Assembly: GCA_964608315.1 (NCBI GenBank)
Contig: CAZSNF010000012.1
Span: 31,718 to 95,717 of the forward strand
DNA: 64,000 nucleotides
Direction of reading: 5' to 3'
Origin: an uncultured Rhodothermales bacterium
GTDB taxonomy: Bacteria; Bacteroidota; Rhodothermia; Rhodothermales; VXPQ01
A model generated the notes under the pieces. The model saw nothing but the letters and a program-made list of their open reading frames with translations. It did not search any database and was not told the origin of the DNA. A program made the translations under genes and the position numbers. Shown here piece by piece: positions 40,137-49,297 of the stretch (within the stretch, counting starts at the first letter, position 1; each line of letters begins with the position of its first letter).

Positions 40137-41339
40137 TTGTCCAACCCTTCTCGCCGGGATTCCCTGATCCTTTTCGCCCTTTGGTTAATGGTGTTTTCCG
40201 CCAGCAGCCAGGTCATCGTGATTTCGCCCATTTTGCCTCGCATCGCGGAGGCGTTGGCCGTAAAGGAATCGCTGCTCGGCACGCTGGTTACGTCCTATGC
40301 CGTGATGCTGGGCCTTTTCGCCCTGGTGACCGGCCCCATTTCCGACAAGATCGGGCGGCGCCGGATTTTGCTGACGGGGACCGGTTTCATGGCCGCGTGT
40401 TTGTATCTGCACGCGCTGGCCGATACGTATGCGTCCCTGCTTGCCGTGCGCGCGCTGGCGGGCATGGCGGGCGGTGCGCTGAGCGGAGCCGCCGTCGCGT
40501 ATACAGGAGATTATTTCCCGTATGATCGGCGAGGATGGGCCAATGGATGGGTAATGAGCGGGATTGCAGTCGGACAGGTGGTCGGCATTCCGCTCGGTAC
40601 GCTTCTTGCAGAGTTCGGCGATTACCGGTGGCCGTTTCTGATGTTTGCGGTCACCATGACAGGCGCCTTCGCGTTGATATGGCGGGCGGTTCCACAGCCG
40701 GATGTGCAACGAGACGTTCGCCGTCTTTCTGTGGGGCGGGTCGTTTCGGATTATATAGCCCTTTGCCGCCGACCCGTGACGCGAAACGCCGCCATCGTCT
40801 ATTTTCTGACGTTCCTCGGAGTGGGTCTGTATCTCGTGTATCTTCCGGCCTGGCTGGAGCGCGGCCTGAACGTGCGCGGGGAAGCCATTGCGGCGCTCTT
40901 TTTGTTCGGGGGACTGGCTCATGTGGTTGCGGGGCCCGCCGCCGGAAAACTGTCCGACCGCGTTGGCCGCAAGCCGCTCGTCATCTGGTCGTGCATCGGC
41001 CTGGCCATCGCAATGCCGTTGATGACCTGGCTGGCCACCAGCATGTGGATCGCCAGCGTACTGTTCACGGCGGCCATGTTGTTGCTTGCCCTGCGCATCA
41101 GCCCGCTCCAGTCGTTGCTGAGCGCCCTCGTTCCGTCCAGCAGCCGGGGCATGTTGATGAGCTTCGCGATTGCGTCGGGGCAAGTCGGGATCGGCATTAG
41201 CGGAGCGCTTGCCGGCCTGGCCTATGCCCGGTACGGTTACTGGAGCAATACGCTTTTGGCCATCGTCGCCGTACTGGCCATGGGGATGATGGTGTGGCGC
41301 GGTTTGCCGGAGCCCGACAAAACGGCTCCCGCGCATTGA
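40137..41339 (+). CDS. MFS transporter
   Basis: 400 aa with about 12 predicted hydrophobic segments and the MFS loop motif SDKIGRRRILL between TM2 and TM3. Confidence 0.85.
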   Translation: MSNPSRRDSLILFALWLMVFSASSQVIVISPILPRIAEALAVKESLLGTLVTSYAVMLGLFALVTGPISDKIGRRRILLTGTGFMAACLYLHALADTYASLLAVRALAGMAGGALSGAAVAYTGDYFPYDRRGWANGWVMSGIAVGQVVGIPLGTLLAEFGDYRWPFLMFAVTMTGAFALIWRAVPQPDVQRDVRRLSVGRVVSDYIALCRRPVTRNAAIVYFLTFLGVGLYLVYLPAWLERGLNVRGEAIAALFLFGGLAHVVAGPAAGKLSDRVGRKPLVIWSCIGLAIAMPLMTWLATSMWIASVLFTAAMLLLALRISPLQSLLSALVPSSSRGMLMSFAIASGQVGIGISGALAGLAYARYGYWSNTLLAIVAVLAMGMMVWRGLPEPDKTAPAH

Positions 41340-41368
41340 CGCTCGCCTGCTGAACGCCGCCGCAAGCC

Positions 41369-41662
41369 ATGTCCCGATCCGGAACATACCGTCCCCTCGG
41401 CGAGGTCCTTGAAGCCCTTATCGACCGAATGAATATGCGAGCCCGCCTCGACGAGGCCACGGTGGTGGCTACGTGGCGGGAACTCGCCGGACCGTCTGCG
41501 GGCGACGTTATGGGCGCAGCCTGGGTGCAGGGCCGAACCCTTTTTGTCCGCATCACAAGCGCTGCCCGCCGCCAGGATATGCACCTGGAGCGATCAAGAT
41601 GGCGGGATCGGCTCAACGAGCGACTGGGCTCGGCGCGCATCAAGGAAATCGTATTCCGGTAA
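41369..41662 (+). CDS. DUF721 (DciA-like) protein
   Basis: 97 aa: LGEVLEALIDRM...W.ELAGP...A..V..G.L.V.......R..M......I...LN..LG...I.EI.FR. The pattern matches my memory of DUF721/DciA helicase-loader-like proteins. Confidence 0.65.
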   Translation: MSRSGTYRPLGEVLEALIDRMNMRARLDEATVVATWRELAGPSAGDVMGAAWVQGRTLFVRITSAARRQDMHLERSRWRDRLNERLGSARIKEIVFR

Positions 41663-41671
41663 CGGCTCCGA

Positions 41672-42928
41672 TTATTCCTCGAATTTGCTGAACGCCACCG
41701 AGGTGTTGTGGCCGCCGAAACCGAACGCGTTGCTGGCGCCGACGCGCACCGGGCGCGATTTCGGTTCGTTGAAGGCGTAGTCCAGATCGCACGCCGGATC
41801 GCTTTCCTCGAAATTGATCGTGGGCGGAATGCGGTCGTGCACGATCGCAAGGATGGTTGCGATGGCTTCCACCGCGCCCGCCGCGCCCAGCAAGTGGCCC
41901 GTCATGCTCTTGGTGGAGGACAGGGCCATGTCGTAGGCGTGCGCCCCGAACACTTGCTTGACGGCTTTCGTTTCCGCCACGTCGCCAAGGGGCGTGGATG
42001 TGCCGTGCATGTTCAGGTAATCCACTTCTTCTGCTTTCAGACCCGCGTCCCGCAAGAGCGAATACATGGCGAGCGCCGCCCCGCTTCCTTCCGGATCCGG
42101 GGCCGTCATATGGTGTGCGTCGGCGGACATGCCTACGCCGATAATTTCGGCGTGAATCCTCGCGCCCCGGTTTTGGGCGTGGCTCAGCTCTTCGAGGACG
42201 AGCGCCCCGGCGCCTTCGCCAAGGACGAATCCGTCGCGGCCGGCGTCGAAGGGACGGCTGGCTCCGGCGGGGTCGTCGTTTCGGGTAGAGAGCGCCCGGA
42301 GGGCATTGAATCCGCCTACGCCAAGTTCCGTAACGCTGGCTTCCGAGCCTCCCGAAAGCATCGCATCGGCTTGTCCTTGCCGAATCAGCATATAGGCGTC
42401 TCCGATGTTGTTATTGCCCGTGGCGCACGCCGAAACGATACAATAATTCGGTCCCCGGAAACCATATTTCATCGAAATATGCCCGCTCGCAATGTCCGGG
42501 ATCATCATCGGAATAAAGAACGGCGAGATGCGGCGCGGGCCTCTTTCGAGGTGAATCAATGTCTGGTCCTGGAAAGTTTGCAATCCGCCGATGCCGCTTC
42601 CGAAAACGACGCCGATGCGATCCTTGAGCGCTTGCGGGAGGTCTTCCCGGTCCAGGCAGGCATCGCGCACGGCCTGTTCTGCGGCAACCATGGCGAACTG
42701 GGCGAACCGGTCCAGCCGGTTCACCGCCTTGGACCCAAGGGCTTCTCTGGCGTCGAATCCCTTGAGTTCGCAAGCGAACTTCGTCGGAAAATCTTTTGTG
42801 TCGAACAAGGTAATGGGCGCCGCTCCGCTTTCGCCCCGCATCATAGCCTCCCAGAAGGCGTCTACGGAGTTTCCAAGCGGGGTCAGGGCGCCCATCCCCG
42901 TGATGACGACTCTGCGTTCTTTTGACAT
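41672..42928 (-). CDS. fabF: 3-oxoacyl-ACP synthase II FabF
   Basis: ATG at 42928 (MSKERRVVITGMGALTPLG). Active-site context SACATG, plus HGTSTPLGD and NAFGFGGHN. Confidence 0.95.
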   Translation of the reverse strand: MSKERRVVITGMGALTPLGNSVDAFWEAMMRGESGAAPITLFDTKDFPTKFACELKGFDAREALGSKAVNRLDRFAQFAMVAAEQAVRDACLDREDLPQALKDRIGVVFGSGIGGLQTFQDQTLIHLERGPRRISPFFIPMMIPDIASGHISMKYGFRGPNYCIVSACATGNNNIGDAYMLIRQGQADAMLSGGSEASVTELGVGGFNALRALSTRNDDPAGASRPFDAGRDGFVLGEGAGALVLEELSHAQNRGARIHAEIIGVGMSADAHHMTAPDPEGSGAALAMYSLLRDAGLKAEEVDYLNMHGTSTPLGDVAETKAVKQVFGAHAYDMALSSTKSMTGHLLGAAGAVEAIATILAIVHDRIPPTINFEESDPACDLDYAFNEPKSRPVRVGASNAFGFGGHNTSVAFSKFEE

Positions 42929-42952
42929 ACGGGGCACAGGCGTAGCGCGGCC

Positions 42953-43192
42953 TTACGAGACCTTTTCCTCAAGATAATTCACCGCATCGCCCACCGTTGC
43001 GATGGTTTCTGCGTCCTCGTCGGAAATGGTGATATCGAATTCCTTCTCGAACTCCATGATCAGCTCGACGGTGTCGAGCGAGTCGGCGCCAAGATCGTTT
43101 GTGAACGAGGCGTCGGAAACGACGTCGGATTCTTCCACGCCCAGTTTTTCCACGATGATAGACGTGACCTTTTCTGCGATCGGGTTCGCCAT
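42953..43192 (-). CDS. acpP: acyl carrier protein
   Basis: 79 aa with the phosphopantetheine attachment motif [13 protein letters not shown]. Confidence 0.95.
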   Translation of the reverse strand: MANPIAEKVTSIIVEKLGVEESDVVSDASFTNDLGADSLDTVELIMEFEKEFDITISDEDAETIATVGDAVNYLEEKVS

Positions 43193-43471
43193 GATTCAAA
43201 ACCTCCGGTAAAGTTGGTGAAAGGGGCCGCAGGGTTCCCGAAAAACGGGGAGGCGGCGTTGTTGCGGCGATTCGGTGAGAACCTTTTTGTCAGGAACGCC
43301 CGAAATTACGGCAAGGCGTTTGCATAAGCAACGCCCTTGTACACCCTTGCGCGCCGTCGGTTTTCATAAAAATAGACAGGAGACCCTTTCGGCGCGAATC
43401 TATCTTGCGCATTTTCCGTTGGATTACCCATTGAGGTTTTTCGGGGGAGGTTCTTCGGGGCCTGCCGCGCC

Positions 43472-43543
43472 GCTTCGTCATTCCTTGCCAGAACGCTCCT
43501 TGCAAGCCTCTGAGCCTTACGGACTTAATCAGGGTATCCTTAA
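43472..43543. repeat. PE family, partial copy (left-end module, reverse orientation)
   Basis: GCTTCGTCATTCCTTGCCAG..CTCCTTGCAAGCCTCTGAGCCTTACGGACTTAATCAGGGTATCCTTAA. It ends 8 nt before the metK ATG. Confidence 0.75.
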
Positions 43544-43551
43544 TCTGTCGC

Positions 43552-44703
43552 ATGTCGTATCTCTTTACTTCCGAATCCGTATCCGAAGGCCATCCCGACA
43601 AAGTGGCCGACCAGATATCCGACGCCGTGCTGGACGCTGCGCTAACCGGCGATCCGTACAGTCGCGTCGCGGTCGAGACCCTCGTGACGACGGGTCTCGT
43701 ACTCGTGGCAGGAGAAATGACGACCAAAACCTATGTAGACGTCGAGAAAATCGTTCGGCAGACGATACGGGAAATTGGATACATGGACCCCGCGCTGCGG
43801 TTCGATGCGGAATCGTGCGCCGTGCTTACGTCTATTCACGAACAGAGCGGAGATATCGGACAGGGCGTCGATACGGGAGGCGCCGGCGATCAGGGCATCA
43901 TGTTCGGCTACGCCTGCCGCGAATCGGAAAACCTGATGCCGCTTCCGATCACGTATGCGCACAAGCTGGTCCGCGAACTGGCGCGCATTCGCAAGGAAGA
44001 AAACATCATGCCGTATTTGCGTCCGGATGCGAAGAGTCAGGTGACCATTGAGTACGAAGACGATCGGCGTACGCCGCGACGCATCCACACGGTGGTCGTT
44101 TCGACGCAGCACAGCGAAGACGTCGGACAAGCCGGGATCGAAGCCGATGTGCGCAGCCGGCTGTTGCCGAGGGTGATCGATGCGGAGCTGCTGGACGAAG
44201 ACTGCATTTTGCATGTGAATCCCACAGGCCGGTTCGTACTGGGCGGACCCCATGCCGATGCGGGGCTTACGGGCCGCAAGATTATCGTAGATACGTATGG
44301 CGGAAAGGGCGCCCACGGCGGAGGGGCCTTCAGCGGAAAGGACGCTTCCAAGGTGGATCGCTCCGGGGCCTATGCGGCCAGACATATAGCGAAAAACATT
44401 GTGCAGGCGCATCTTGCGGAAGAGGTGGAAGTACAAATATCCTATGCGATCGGCGTCGAGGAACCGGTTTCCGTCGCCGTAGACACGAAAGGCACGGGCC
44501 ATGCGCTGGCCGACCGGGAACTGGCTGTGATCGTTCTTGAGATGTTCGACTTGCGACCGAAAGCGATCATAGAACGCTTCGATTTGCGCAAGCCGCAGTT
44601 TCTCCGCACGGCGGCGTACGGACATTTTGGACGTTCCGGATTTGCATGGGAGGAAACGGATTGCGTCGATATGCTCAAAGACGCCGCGGGCGTGGGCGCG
44701 TAG
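43552..44703 (+). CDS. metK: S-adenosylmethionine synthase
   Basis: ORF begins [28 protein letters not shown] and contains [12 protein letters not shown] and GGGAFSGKD. Confidence 0.96.
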   Translation: MSYLFTSESVSEGHPDKVADQISDAVLDAALTGDPYSRVAVETLVTTGLVLVAGEMTTKTYVDVEKIVRQTIREIGYMDPALRFDAESCAVLTSIHEQSGDIGQGVDTGGAGDQGIMFGYACRESENLMPLPITYAHKLVRELARIRKEENIMPYLRPDAKSQVTIEYEDDRRTPRRIHTVVVSTQHSEDVGQAGIEADVRSRLLPRVIDAELLDEDCILHVNPTGRFVLGGPHADAGLTGRKIIVDTYGGKGAHGGGAFSGKDASKVDRSGAYAARHIAKNIVQAHLAEEVEVQISYAIGVEEPVSVAVDTKGTGHALADRELAVIVLEMFDLRPKAIIERFDLRKPQFLRTAAYGHFGRSGFAWEETDCVDMLKDAAGVGA

Positions 44704-44726
44704 CCCGTTTCCGCGCGCGTTTTCCG

Positions 44727-44989
44727 TTAAGGATACTCTGATTAAATGTGCAAAGTTCAGAGGCTTGCGAGGGGTGCGCTGGCAAGGAATGACGAAGCAA
44801 TGTGGTAGGCCCCACATAATGAGGAATGACACAGCCAGAGTGCCTCTCGCAGCCTCCCGAAGGGCGCTTCACGTACGCCATGCCCCGAATCCGAAGCGTT
44901 TACCGCTGACTTCAACGACGCCAGCACAATGTCCTGTGTCCACGAACGTGAAGCGCTGATCGAAGTAGATTTAATCAGAGTATCCTTAA
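44727..44989. repeat. PE family, full-length reference copy (263 bp including TTAA borders)
   Basis: Perfect 21-bp terminal inverted repeat TTAAGGATACTCTGATTAAAT ... ATTTAATCAGAGTATCCTTAA. It has the same three internal stems as the copy at 27778. Confidence 0.88.
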
Positions 44990-47900
44990 AAGTCGTCGGC
45001 CTTGTTGCCCTGTGTTTGCTTGCAGCGCAGGAAAGTCGGTCGCAGGAAAGGCAGGCCCGGGAAGAGAGCCGCCGGTCCGTATATGACCATGCCCTGCTTC
45101 AGCTCACGCCGCAGGCGCAGGCCCGGATCGCCGCCGAGGATACGGTGTGGACGCCGAGCGCCCGACCGGTTCCCGACGGGCGCGTCGATCTTGAAACGGG
45201 TTTTTTGCGGGCCCGGTACCGCATCGGGGATCGCGTGGAAGAAGGATTGTCCACAACGCAGGCGGCCCTTGCGCATCTTGAGCGGGATGGCGAAGCGTAC
45301 GGCATGACCGCCCCCGCGGAGCATCTCCGCGTCGAGCAAGTTCGGGAGGGGCGATACGCCCGCCACGTTCGCTACCTGCAGACGCTTGCCGGCGTACCTG
45401 TTTTTCGGGCCGACGTTGCGGTCAGCCTCGACCGGCGCGGTCAGCCGACCATGGTTGTGAGCAGCTACCGGTCCCATCTCGAACAAGTCCGCGGATTCGA
45501 TCCCGCGCCCACGCTTTCGTCCGCCGCCGCGCAGGATATCGCCCGCCTCGCTGCGTCGCCCGCGCTTGCCGTTTCCGAGCCGGAACTGCTCGTTTACGCA
45601 TCGGATCCGCCTCGCCTTGTCTGGAGCGTTCCGGCCGTTTCTTCCGACTTGCCTGTTTCGTGGGAGGTGCTTGTGGACGCCAGAACGGGCGAAATTCACC
45701 GCATATTCAACACATCGTTGCATGCGCACAAGGCATCGGCCGTATCGCCCGGATCCGGCGGTCCGGCGGTCCGCGCCGCCCCTGCCCATGTCGCTGGAGT
45801 TGTTCCATCGCCTGTGGCGCTGGCCTCGGCGACGCCTCCACCGTTTGTTGCTTCCACACCGGTTTCCGGGAAAGGTATCCGGACAGTGGACGGGTCCGGA
45901 CTGGTCTTCGATCCCGACCCGCTTACCTCCGCAGGCGTGTCCTACGGAGGGGATTATCAGGATAACGACGATGCGGACACGGCGGCGCTGACAGCGCAAA
46001 GAGTGCGGGCGCCCCTGCGCGACGTTACGCAGGGAGCCGATGGATTATATCGGCTGGAAGGCCCGTACGTCCGCATCGAGGGAGACCCGCACGCCGTTCC
46101 GGCGATATCCGATCCCGACGCCTTTGATTTTACGCGATCGGATGATCGGTTCGAGGCCGTAAACGCCTATTATCATATCGACAAAAGCCGTCGCTACGCA
46201 CAGTCGCTGGACGTTGGCTATACCGTGCTCGACGTTCCGGTGAAAGTCGATCCGCAAGCACTCGAAGGGGATAATTCCGTCTACATTCCACAGGGTCGGC
46301 TCCTTCGTTTCGGCACGGGCGGCATAGACGACGCCGAAGACGCCGACGTGCTGTGGCACGAGTACGCGCACGCCTTGCTGGACCATGCGACGCCCGGATT
46401 GATCGGCCTGTTCGAGGGCAGGGCGTTGCACGAGGGCTGGGCCGATTACTGGGCCGCCTCGTATTCCCGTTTTTTGTCCGAGGAGGACCCGAACATTCCC
46501 GCGCACGACTGGAAAAGGCTGTACAATTGGGACGGCAATGCTTCCTGCTGGTCGGGGCGGACGCTGGATCATACGGGGCATTACGACGACGACATGGCGT
46601 ACGAATCCGCAGGATGCCAGGTGTTCCCTCGGATATATCAGTGGGGCTTGCTGTGGGCCACGACCATGATGGATATCTACTCGCATGTCGGGCGCCGCGT
46701 CCTGGACCGTTTGCACCTTGCTTCGCACGCCTATCTTGCCTCGGGGGCCAGTTTCCGGGATGCGGCCGAGGCCCTGATCCAGGCGGACGAGGATATATAT
46801 GGCGGCGACCATGTCGGCGCGCTGGTTCAGGAGTTGGGCGAAGCCGGATTCGTCGATTCCGGGGCGTATGGCCCGGTTCTGGCCCATGATCCACTGGGGC
46901 GGACCGAAAATGTCGGCGGAACGGTCGAGATACGCGTCGAGGCGAAGGGCCTTGCCTCCCCTGTGGATCGCGTCCTCGCGCACTATTCGCCCGGAGCGGG
47001 GCTTCCGTGGCGCTCTTTTTCCCTGTCGCATCGGGGCGATGGGCTGTTTACCGGCGATTTGCCCGTGCCCGACCAGCCGACGGTGGTGCGGTATTACATA
47101 GAGGCGTACGACGCGCAGGGGCGTCGCCGCCGCTTGCCTGCGCTGGCCCCGAACGAATTGTTCTCGTTCGCTGCGGGGCGAGACCTGACGGCGCCCGCCA
47201 TTACCCACGAAGCGCTTGCGCGCGTTCCCATCGCGGCCTGGCCCATCACGCTGAACGCCGAAGCGAGCGACGATTTGGGCGTGGATTCCGTATGGGTCGA
47301 ATACGTTCGCCGGAGCGCAGGCGACGTACGCGAGCAGGGCGCATTCGGCTTGACGAACCAGAACGGGCGCTATTCGGGTCGTTTCCCGGAGCCGACGGCG
47401 CCGCTGCTGGGAGGCGATGTGGTCGAATACCGCCTTGTGGCCCGCGACGCGTCCATGGCGGGCAACGAAGCCCGGCTTCCCGAGGAAGGTTTCTTCTCCG
47501 TGCTGCTCGTGCTGGAGGGCGAATTGCATGCGTTCGATTTCGAGCGGGACGATCCGGCGGTGACGGCGCGGGGATGGCGCCGCGGGCCGCCCGCCTTCGG
47601 CCTTCGGATGGCGTATTCCGGCGAACACGCCTGGGCCACGGCGCCCGGCGGCGCCTATCCCGACGAGGCCGGCAGCGCAACCCTTGACTTGCCCCCGTTT
47701 CGTTTGACTACGGCCAGGTCGGTCTACCTGATTTTCTGGCACTGGTACGATTTCGAGCATGGCGGCGAGGTCGCGCCCGGCGCGTTCGACGACCAGGCGG
47801 ATATCCGGGACGGCGGCAACGTCAAGGTATCGCTGGACGGCGGCGCCTCCTGGGAGACGCTTGTTCCCCAGGGCGGGTATACCGGGAATATCGGCGGGCG

Positions 47901-49209
47901 CGGCGGCAATCCGCTGGCTGGTCAGCCCGGTTTCGGGGGCTACAGCTTCGGCTGGCGCCGCGAAATCGTCCCCTTGCCGATTTCCGGGGACGTACGGGTG
48001 CGGTTCGAGGCGGGAACCGACGCAGGCAACGAAGGACAAGCGCGGTATTTCGCCGGATGGTATCTGGACAAGGTTTCGCTTGTTACCGAAAGGCCCCGGG
48101 ACGTCGATGCGCCCTGGGCGGAAGGGTTGCCGGAAGAACGGGTTGCGCATGTGGCCGGCAGGGATATGCTGGTTCCCTTGTCGATTCGGGCGTACGACAA
48201 TACGGGGGTCGAATCGGTGATCTCTCGCTACGAAATCACCGATGCGCGCGGCGTTGCAACAGGCAGCGTACGATGGGCCATGTCGGGCGCGGATTCGAAC
48301 GTGTACGAAGGCTATCCAGCTCCTTTGCAGACGTTTTTTCCCGGAGACCGGATTGCCTACGCAATACATGTGCGGGATTTCGACGGCAACGAAACGGCGT
48401 ACGGTTCTCCTTTCGCGATCGACGTTCGGTCCGAAGCATACGCGGCGGCTGCGCCCGCCAGCGTAGTTCCCGCAGGGGTATGGCGCCGCGCAGAGGGGGA
48501 ATGGCTTGCCCGGGACGCTGATTCGGGCGCGTCGGGCGCTGTCGTTTCAAGCCTTGTGTTCGCGCCGACGACCATTCCGTCGAATAGCGAATCGACGGCG
48601 CTGGAATTTGCGCACGCCTATGCGCTGGGCGAAAATTTTGGCGGCAACGTGAAAATCACCGAGGACGACGGCTTTACCTGGCGCGCGATTGCGCCTCGGG
48701 AGGGCTACGACGGGAAGTACGCCCCCTCCGTCGACCATCCGATGCGAGACGAAGCGGTGTTCGGGGGCGGTTCGGACGGATCGGGCGCGGTTTCTTTCGA
48801 TCTGACGGGGTATGCGGGCAAAACGGTGCGGCTTCGGATAGACCTTGCCCATGCGGCGCCGTTAGGCCCCGATACGGTCTGGCGCATCGGGAATATCGGA
48901 TACCGTTCCCTGTCTCCGGACGACGATGTCGAGTTCCCCTACGAACTGGCGCTGCATGCGAATTTCCCGGATCCGGTGCGCACCGTCACACACATTTCCT
49001 ATACGATTCCGGGGGACGAAGCCGTTCCTGTTCGCTTGTCGGCCTACGATGTGACCGGTCGCCGGGTGGCCGTGCTGCGCAATCAGGTGCAGGAGCCGGG
49101 AACGCATACGGTGCGCTACGACGCGGGCCGGTTGGCGAGCGGGGTATATATTCTGCATCTCGAAACGCCCCGCGGCATTCGGCTCGAACGCATGATGGTT
49201 ATTCGTTAG
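44929..49209 (+). CDS. large secreted HExxH zinc metalloprotease-like protein with a T9SS C-terminal sorting domain
   Basis: The 1426-aa ORF has a LWHEYAHALLDH zinc-binding motif (M36/M4-like by eye) and a hydrophobic signal segment VVGLVALCLLAAQ. The C-terminal block FPDPVRTVTHISYTI...VYILHLETPRGIRLERMMVIR is T9SS-CTD-like. The only canonical start (ATG 44929) lies inside the PE repeat. Confidence 0.8.
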   Translation: MSCVHEREALIEVDLIRVSLKVVGLVALCLLAAQESRSQERQAREESRRSVYDHALLQLTPQAQARIAAEDTVWTPSARPVPDGRVDLETGFLRARYRIGDRVEEGLSTTQAALAHLERDGEAYGMTAPAEHLRVEQVREGRYARHVRYLQTLAGVPVFRADVAVSLDRRGQPTMVVSSYRSHLEQVRGFDPAPTLSSAAAQDIARLAASPALAVSEPELLVYASDPPRLVWSVPAVSSDLPVSWEVLVDARTGEIHRIFNTSLHAHKASAVSPGSGGPAVRAAPAHVAGVVPSPVALASATPPPFVASTPVSGKGIRTVDGSGLVFDPDPLTSAGVSYGGDYQDNDDADTAALTAQRVRAPLRDVTQGADGLYRLEGPYVRIEGDPHAVPAISDPDAFDFTRSDDRFEAVNAYYHIDKSRRYAQSLDVGYTVLDVPVKVDPQALEGDNSVYIPQGRLLRFGTGGIDDAEDADVLWHEYAHALLDHATPGLIGLFEGRALHEGWADYWAASYSRFLSEEDPNIPAHDWKRLYNWDGNASCWSGRTLDHTGHYDDDMAYESAGCQVFPRIYQWGLLWATTMMDIYSHVGRRVLDRLHLASHAYLASGASFRDAAEALIQADEDIYGGDHVGALVQELGEAGFVDSGAYGPVLAHDPLGRTENVGGTVEIRVEAKGLASPVDRVLAHYSPGAGLPWRSFSLSHRGDGLFTGDLPVPDQPTVVRYYIEAYDAQGRRRRLPALAPNELFSFAAGRDLTAPAITHEALARVPIAAWPITLNAEASDDLGVDSVWVEYVRRSAGDVREQGAFGLTNQNGRYSGRFPEPTAPLLGGDVVEYRLVARDASMAGNEARLPEEGFFSVLLVLEGELHAFDFERDDPAVTARGWRRGPPAFGLRMAYSGEHAWATAPGGAYPDEAGSATLDLPPFRLTTARSVYLIFWHWYDFEHGGEVAPGAFDDQADIRDGGNVKVSLDGGASWETLVPQGGYTGNIGGRGGNPLAGQPGFGGYSFGWRREIVPLPISGDVRVRFEAGTDAGNEGQARYFAGWYLDKVSLVTERPRDVDAPWAEGLPEERVAHVAGRDMLVPLSIRAYDNTGVESVISRYEITDARGVATGSVRWAMSGADSNVYEGYPAPLQTFFPGDRIAYAIHVRDFDGNETAYGSPFAIDVRSEAYAAAAPASVVPAGVWRRAEGEWLARDADSGASGAVVSSLVFAPTTIPSNSESTALEFAHAYALGENFGGNVKITEDDGFTWRAIAPREGYDGKYAPSVDHPMRDEAVFGGGSDGSGAVSFDLTGYAGKTVRLRIDLAHAAPLGPDTVWRIGNIGYRSLSPDDDVEFPYELALHANFPDPVRTVTHISYTIPGDEAVPVRLSAYDVTGRRVAVLRNQVQEPGTHTVRYDAGRLASGVYILHLETPRGIRLERMMVIR

Positions 49210-49297
49210 AATTTTCGGGGGAGGCGGAGCAAGCCATGCTCCTGCGGGTATCTTCCGGGTTATTTTAGTTTCCCCTGTTTCTTCTTTGTCTCAAACC

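Noticed and set aside
43193-43551. A SAM riboswitch upstream of metK, and an SAH riboswitch upstream of ahcY at 49210-49297.
   Set aside because: By eye I could not find the conserved cores of the SAM-I, SAM-II or SAH riboswitch classes. The metK-proximal part is a PE repeat fragment. A cmscan against Rfam would be the decisive test.
46045-48369. 774-aa minus-strand ORF, and similar long ORFs at 12646..14202(-), 14419..16074(-), 36984..38732(+), 5908..6867(-), 23592..24740(+) and 43642..44832(-).
   Set aside because: They lie antisense to confidently identified genes (the protease, pyrH/frr/yicC, gmk/rpoZ/coaBC, the TonB receptor, dnaA, lolE, metK). Their translations are Arg/Gly/Pro/Ala-rich and low in complexity. 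These are typical shadow ORFs of high-G+C DNA.
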